64,000 nucleotides of DNA from contig NC_083288.1 in NCBI RefSeq assembly GCF_963506605.1, forward strand, positions 46,500,001 through 46,564,000. Reading direction: 5' to 3'. Position 1 is the stretch's first letter. Each line of letters begins with the position of its first letter. This document shows positions 59,878 to 64,000 of the stretch, piece after piece. A program made the position numbers and the translations under genes. Origin of the DNA: Zootoca vivipara. Taxonomy: Eukaryota. The notes under the pieces are model-generated. The model saw only the letters and a list, made by a program, of their open reading frames with translations, searched no databases and was not told the origin of the DNA.

Positions 59878-62800
59878 TAAAGAGCCTAAATAAACACTAT
59901 TTCAACAAGCTGAAAGCAGCATAGTGTTGGACATTATAATTTAAGTTGTTACTCCAAGAGATAACAAAAAAAATACAATTTTCCCATAAATGTGTTAGGC
60001 TGGTCTATATGTATTCATTTATAAGTTACTGTCATCATAGCTAATATGCATCAAATTTTCTCAGTCCATTTAGATATAGTAGAAGAAATGCTACTTTCCC
60101 CCATTTTAGCAATATTACTCTCCACAAAAGTAATAAAATTGCATAGTATTACTTTATCATTTTCTTGAACAACATATTTTAGATAACCAAGCAGAAATAT
60201 TTTAGGTTGCAAGGGTATGTAAAATCTTCTGTTGTACTAATGCAGATATAATAATGTTTTTCTCTTCAAAAGTTAAAAATGCACTGAATATACAATTTAA
60301 CAGCACTTGTGGATGAAAAGTTTGATTAAGTCTGCTTCAGTGCTATTTTTCTAGAAAAAGAGGTGCCGGAACTCACCATGAACGCCTCCCTCTTTTTCTT
60401 AGAAAAGCAATGGCACCCATCTGAGAGGTGCCGAAACTCACCTGAGATGTTCCTGAACCCACCTGAGACATGCCAGAACTGAGTTCCAGTGAGTTCCCCC
60501 TGAAACTTGAGTCTGCTTGCCTTAATCTGTCAGGCAGCATTGTTGCTTGGCACAGCCCCACATCAGCGATCCTGTACTAAAATCAAAAAATTGTATAGTA
60601 GCACCTTATAGAACAACTAAGTTTGTTCTGGTAATAAGCTTCTATGTGGATGCATACTTCTTAAGAAGAAGTGTGCATGCACACAAAAGCTTATACCCAG
60701 AACAAACTTAGTTGGTCCATAAGGTGCTACTGAACTTTTTTAAAAAAAATTTTTTTGACTGCATCAGACCAACACGGCTACCTACCTGAATCTAAGATAC
60801 TGTCCTAATTTATTCATGAAAACAATATATTTTATTTCTCTTCATTTGCATTACCTGCCAAGGCTCCAGATCTTGAAGTTTAAATCTTTTACTTCTACCC
60901 ATTGCTCTTTGCTTGGATGTCAGTGAGTAAATGTTCTGCAAGGCATGAGCCACAGTATAAACACCATTGTAAATGCTGTAGCTGTGACCAGTCATGCTCA
61001 TTTCAAATAGAGACCTTGGAAGGTTCTGCAACCTCTCCTCCCCTGTACACATCCCATTGACCTCCGTTGGTGCATCGAGATTTGGAAATACACAGTCAAA
61101 TGCTTGCTCCCAGAATTTCTTGAAAAAGCCATCTCTTTGGGTCCAAGGCGGCTTTATGCTCTGGAGAAATTCTTGGAATGCTAGAAGATTTTGTGAATGA
61201 ATTGTGAAGGAGAGGGAACCCTGGAAGAGCAGAACATTCCAAAACTTAAGAAGACCCATAGATATGAAATCAGTCTGGGGTGTAAAGATCCATACCTTTA
61301 TAAATGGTGTGTTTTCTTTATTTGTGGGATCTGGCACAAATATGATAGCTCTCAGTGCTATAATTGCTAGAGATTCTCCATAAACAATAAATGTAGTGAC
61401 TGTATTATCTCTGATTTGTACATACATATTTAAAGCTATATCATGCATTTCATCCACATTATCAACGTGGAGTTGTTTTGGGATTCTTTGTGTGAAGGCT
61501 GAGCAAATTCCATTTTCAGAAAGCAATGGCTCCAGAATCTGCAAGAAATGTTCTCCACTGTTATCATTCTGAGCAAGGAGTCCGATCCACATCCATCCAA
61601 AATGCTTAAGCAGGCGGATAATCCCCACAAACTGGTGGGCTTCATTGGGAACCATGCGGTAAAAGGAAGGAACATTACTTGCATCACTCTCCACTGGGGG
61701 GAATGAACCATATGCAAACTGAAAGAAAAATGTGAATATAATTTCAAATCATATGGAAAACATTCACCCTGCACCATTTGGCTTTTTAGTCAACAAATTC
61801 TAAGCTTTCTTTTTCCCAAAATGCACGTTTTGATTTGAGCTGTGACTAGATCAGTCCCACATCGCTAGAAATAAAACAGAAAAAGAAATGAACAAGGAAT
61901 ATGGGATAAAGATGTAGCCTTGTATACAACTAAATTTTAAATTAAAGATCCTGACTAAAATAGATCCATTAATTTTGCTGAATCTGCTCTGAGTAAAACT
62001 ACTAAATAGATCTGCTCTGTGTAGAACAATCATGGAAGCAAACCATAAAGGGAAAGAGAGAAAAAATTCCCATATGCCCCTTCATACCTCTTACCTGTGG
62101 AATCTTATAGAGACCTAATGTGTCTGCCATATGGAAGGTGGTATCATGGCCAAGTCCCCCAATGGTGGATATGAGGGTTTTCTGGGTGTCACATTTGTAG
62201 TTGGGGACAAATGTCCTCATTTTGAAGAGGAGGTCTAAAGTTGTACGGTAGGTCATCCTTGCATCATAATAGCTGTCATAGATGTGGAAGCCAAGTGTGA
62301 TATTGGGCAAGATGTTGGGATTCTCATTGACTTCTTTGACAGCAAATGCCAATGCAAGGACGTGCTGATAAAATTTCGGCACCATACTGCAAATAGAGTA
62401 AATTATTTACAAATATGCATTTACTACAATATCTTCTGTTTCAAACTGAAATGTAAAGATTGCATTTGTCATTAACACATTTAAGTGAATAAAAACTATG
62501 CTCTCCAAAGGAAATCCATGATTGATTAGGACATTATTACTTTGTATGGCTCTTTCTCACACGTGCCGTTATCAAAAAAATAATAAAACTAATCTGTTTC
62601 TCCTTAAATGTTCTGTACCCTGAAAGCGGCAATGTAATAAACTTTTATATGAAAGTATACTTTAATTCAATGAAGCTTGCTTGTCAAGGGACAAGGTGAG
62701 GAAAGAGTCTTGCACGTCAGAACCACAGGTTTGAGGTGTGCAATCCACAGTAGCTAAACATAGTCATTGAGCCTGCAGGGAGTCAGACAGAAAGGGGAGT

Positions 62801-63893
62801 CAGGTGGCATTAGATTCATCTTTTCACTGGAAGAAACACCTGGCCGTCAATTTTGCCCACTGCCTCTCATCTTGGCCTAATGCCCTGTCCTTACAAGCTT
62901 CTGCCATCTAACCTTACTCAATGCAATTCAACCAATCTCCAGAACCCTCCAAATACACCCACTTACTGAACTTGCATTAAAGCCCAGGGAGTTTCATTGT
63001 GGAACTTTTTCAGATCAGGAAAGAAGAAATGTTTTTTCCCCAGATTTTCCAAATATTTAATGGGAAGAAAATTTCACTGGAGTAATTAAAACCCAGCACA
63101 CACTGAAACTTTAAAAGATCCTGAATATGAGGGTAGTAAAATTTAATACTCTTTTAAAGGACAAGGAAGCTTTGGAGATATTGAAGGACAGTGTGCGGTA
63201 GAGCTCTAGTTTTTTTTAATTTCTCTGCAATATAACCTTATCTATTTATTTACATTTTCACCCTTCTCTTCCCCACAAATACCCTCGGAGTAAATGTAAT
63301 AAAAAATATGAAGACTCTTTCCCCATCCCTTTACAAAATAGAAATCATGCTTTACTATGGGAGAACAAAAGGCATATTTGCTGACTGCAAACATAATAGA
63401 CTGTGGAAGATTCAGGAAATGACAGAATGAGTTTGTCGGGTGTACAAAGTAAAGGTTTCTTGTCTATCATTAAAATCATTTTTGAGCAGCTAGTTTGTGT
63501 GTGTGTGTGTGTGTGTGTATAACTTTTAACTTTTTTTATTCCACCATTCAGTCAAAATGGGGCTCCCACTGCAGCTTGAAAACATCACTGATAAGACAAG
63601 CCCTCCCTTTAGGATTCCTGCCTGAAAGACATGAGACAAAGGGAAACGCCACCCAGAGGGGGAATGGGAAATTCTTACGATGAAACATCAAACAGGTTCT
63701 GTGATGGGTGTTCCTTGAAGAAAACGTCAAAGAAAATGTAACAGTTCTGAGACATAATTCCACCAATGATGAGGTCACCTGGCTGGTACCACTCATGCGG
63801 AACAGGAAAAGGATTATTCCTGGGGCACCGGGTAGAATTAGAGCTATTAGAAACTGGAGTGATTTGAAACAGCATCACCAATAGCAGCAACAT
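56030..63893 (-). CDS. Vmn2r: V2R vomeronasal receptor gene E, intact, ~875 aa
   Basis: e1 63893-63679, e2 62386-62095, e3 61718-60855, e4 59530-59303, e5 58261-58135, e6 56931-56030 (2628 bp). Confidence 0.92.
60597..60794. mobile_element. Penelope-like fragment arranged as an inverted repeat
   Basis: Arms of about 65 bp (agtagcacctta...cttctt / aagaag...taaggtgctact) centred near 60663. Confidence 0.65.
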
Positions 63894-64000
63894 CCTGGCA
63901 GCCTAGCTTGCCTCTGAGTTTGATTCTGCTCTGTGCATCCATAGTAGCTACCTTTAAGGAGACTACATTCAGTGATGCATGGCTCTGTCAATGCAGCTCT

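Noticed and set aside
60340-60505. Short repeated units (gaggtgccggaactcacc) resembling a CRISPR-like array
   Set aside because: Eukaryotic context, no unique spacers of regular length; looks like subterminal repeats of a DNA-transposon relic.

Overview
Vertebrate genomic DNA from a squamate reptile, probably a lacertid-type lizard (inferred from Sauria SINEs plus CR1, BovB/RTE, L2 and Penelope repeats). It holds a tandem cluster of vomeronasal type-2 receptor genes (V2R/Vmn2r, class C GPCR), all on the minus strand. Four are complete and apparently intact 6-exon genes (21612-31209, 38133-44866, 47104-54409, 56030-63893). A fifth (1190-6413) runs off the window and has a frameshift in exon 3, and there are orphan V2R exon fragments. 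The surprise is at about 9.1-19.3 kb: two complete immunoglobulin heavy-chain V gene segments on the plus strand (octamer promoter, leader exon, V exon, RSS) and the remnant of a third. They lie in a tandemly duplicated unit that also carries V2R exon-1 and upstream DNA. The V domains resemble human IGHV6-1 (clan II) and have an atypical RSS (24-bp spacer, ACAAAAAGG nonamer). I found no D, J or C segments by eye. The rest is TE-rich intronic and intergenic DNA, including Penelope-derived minimal hammerhead-ribozyme motifs. All exon boundaries and repeat assignments were made by eye; no searches were run.
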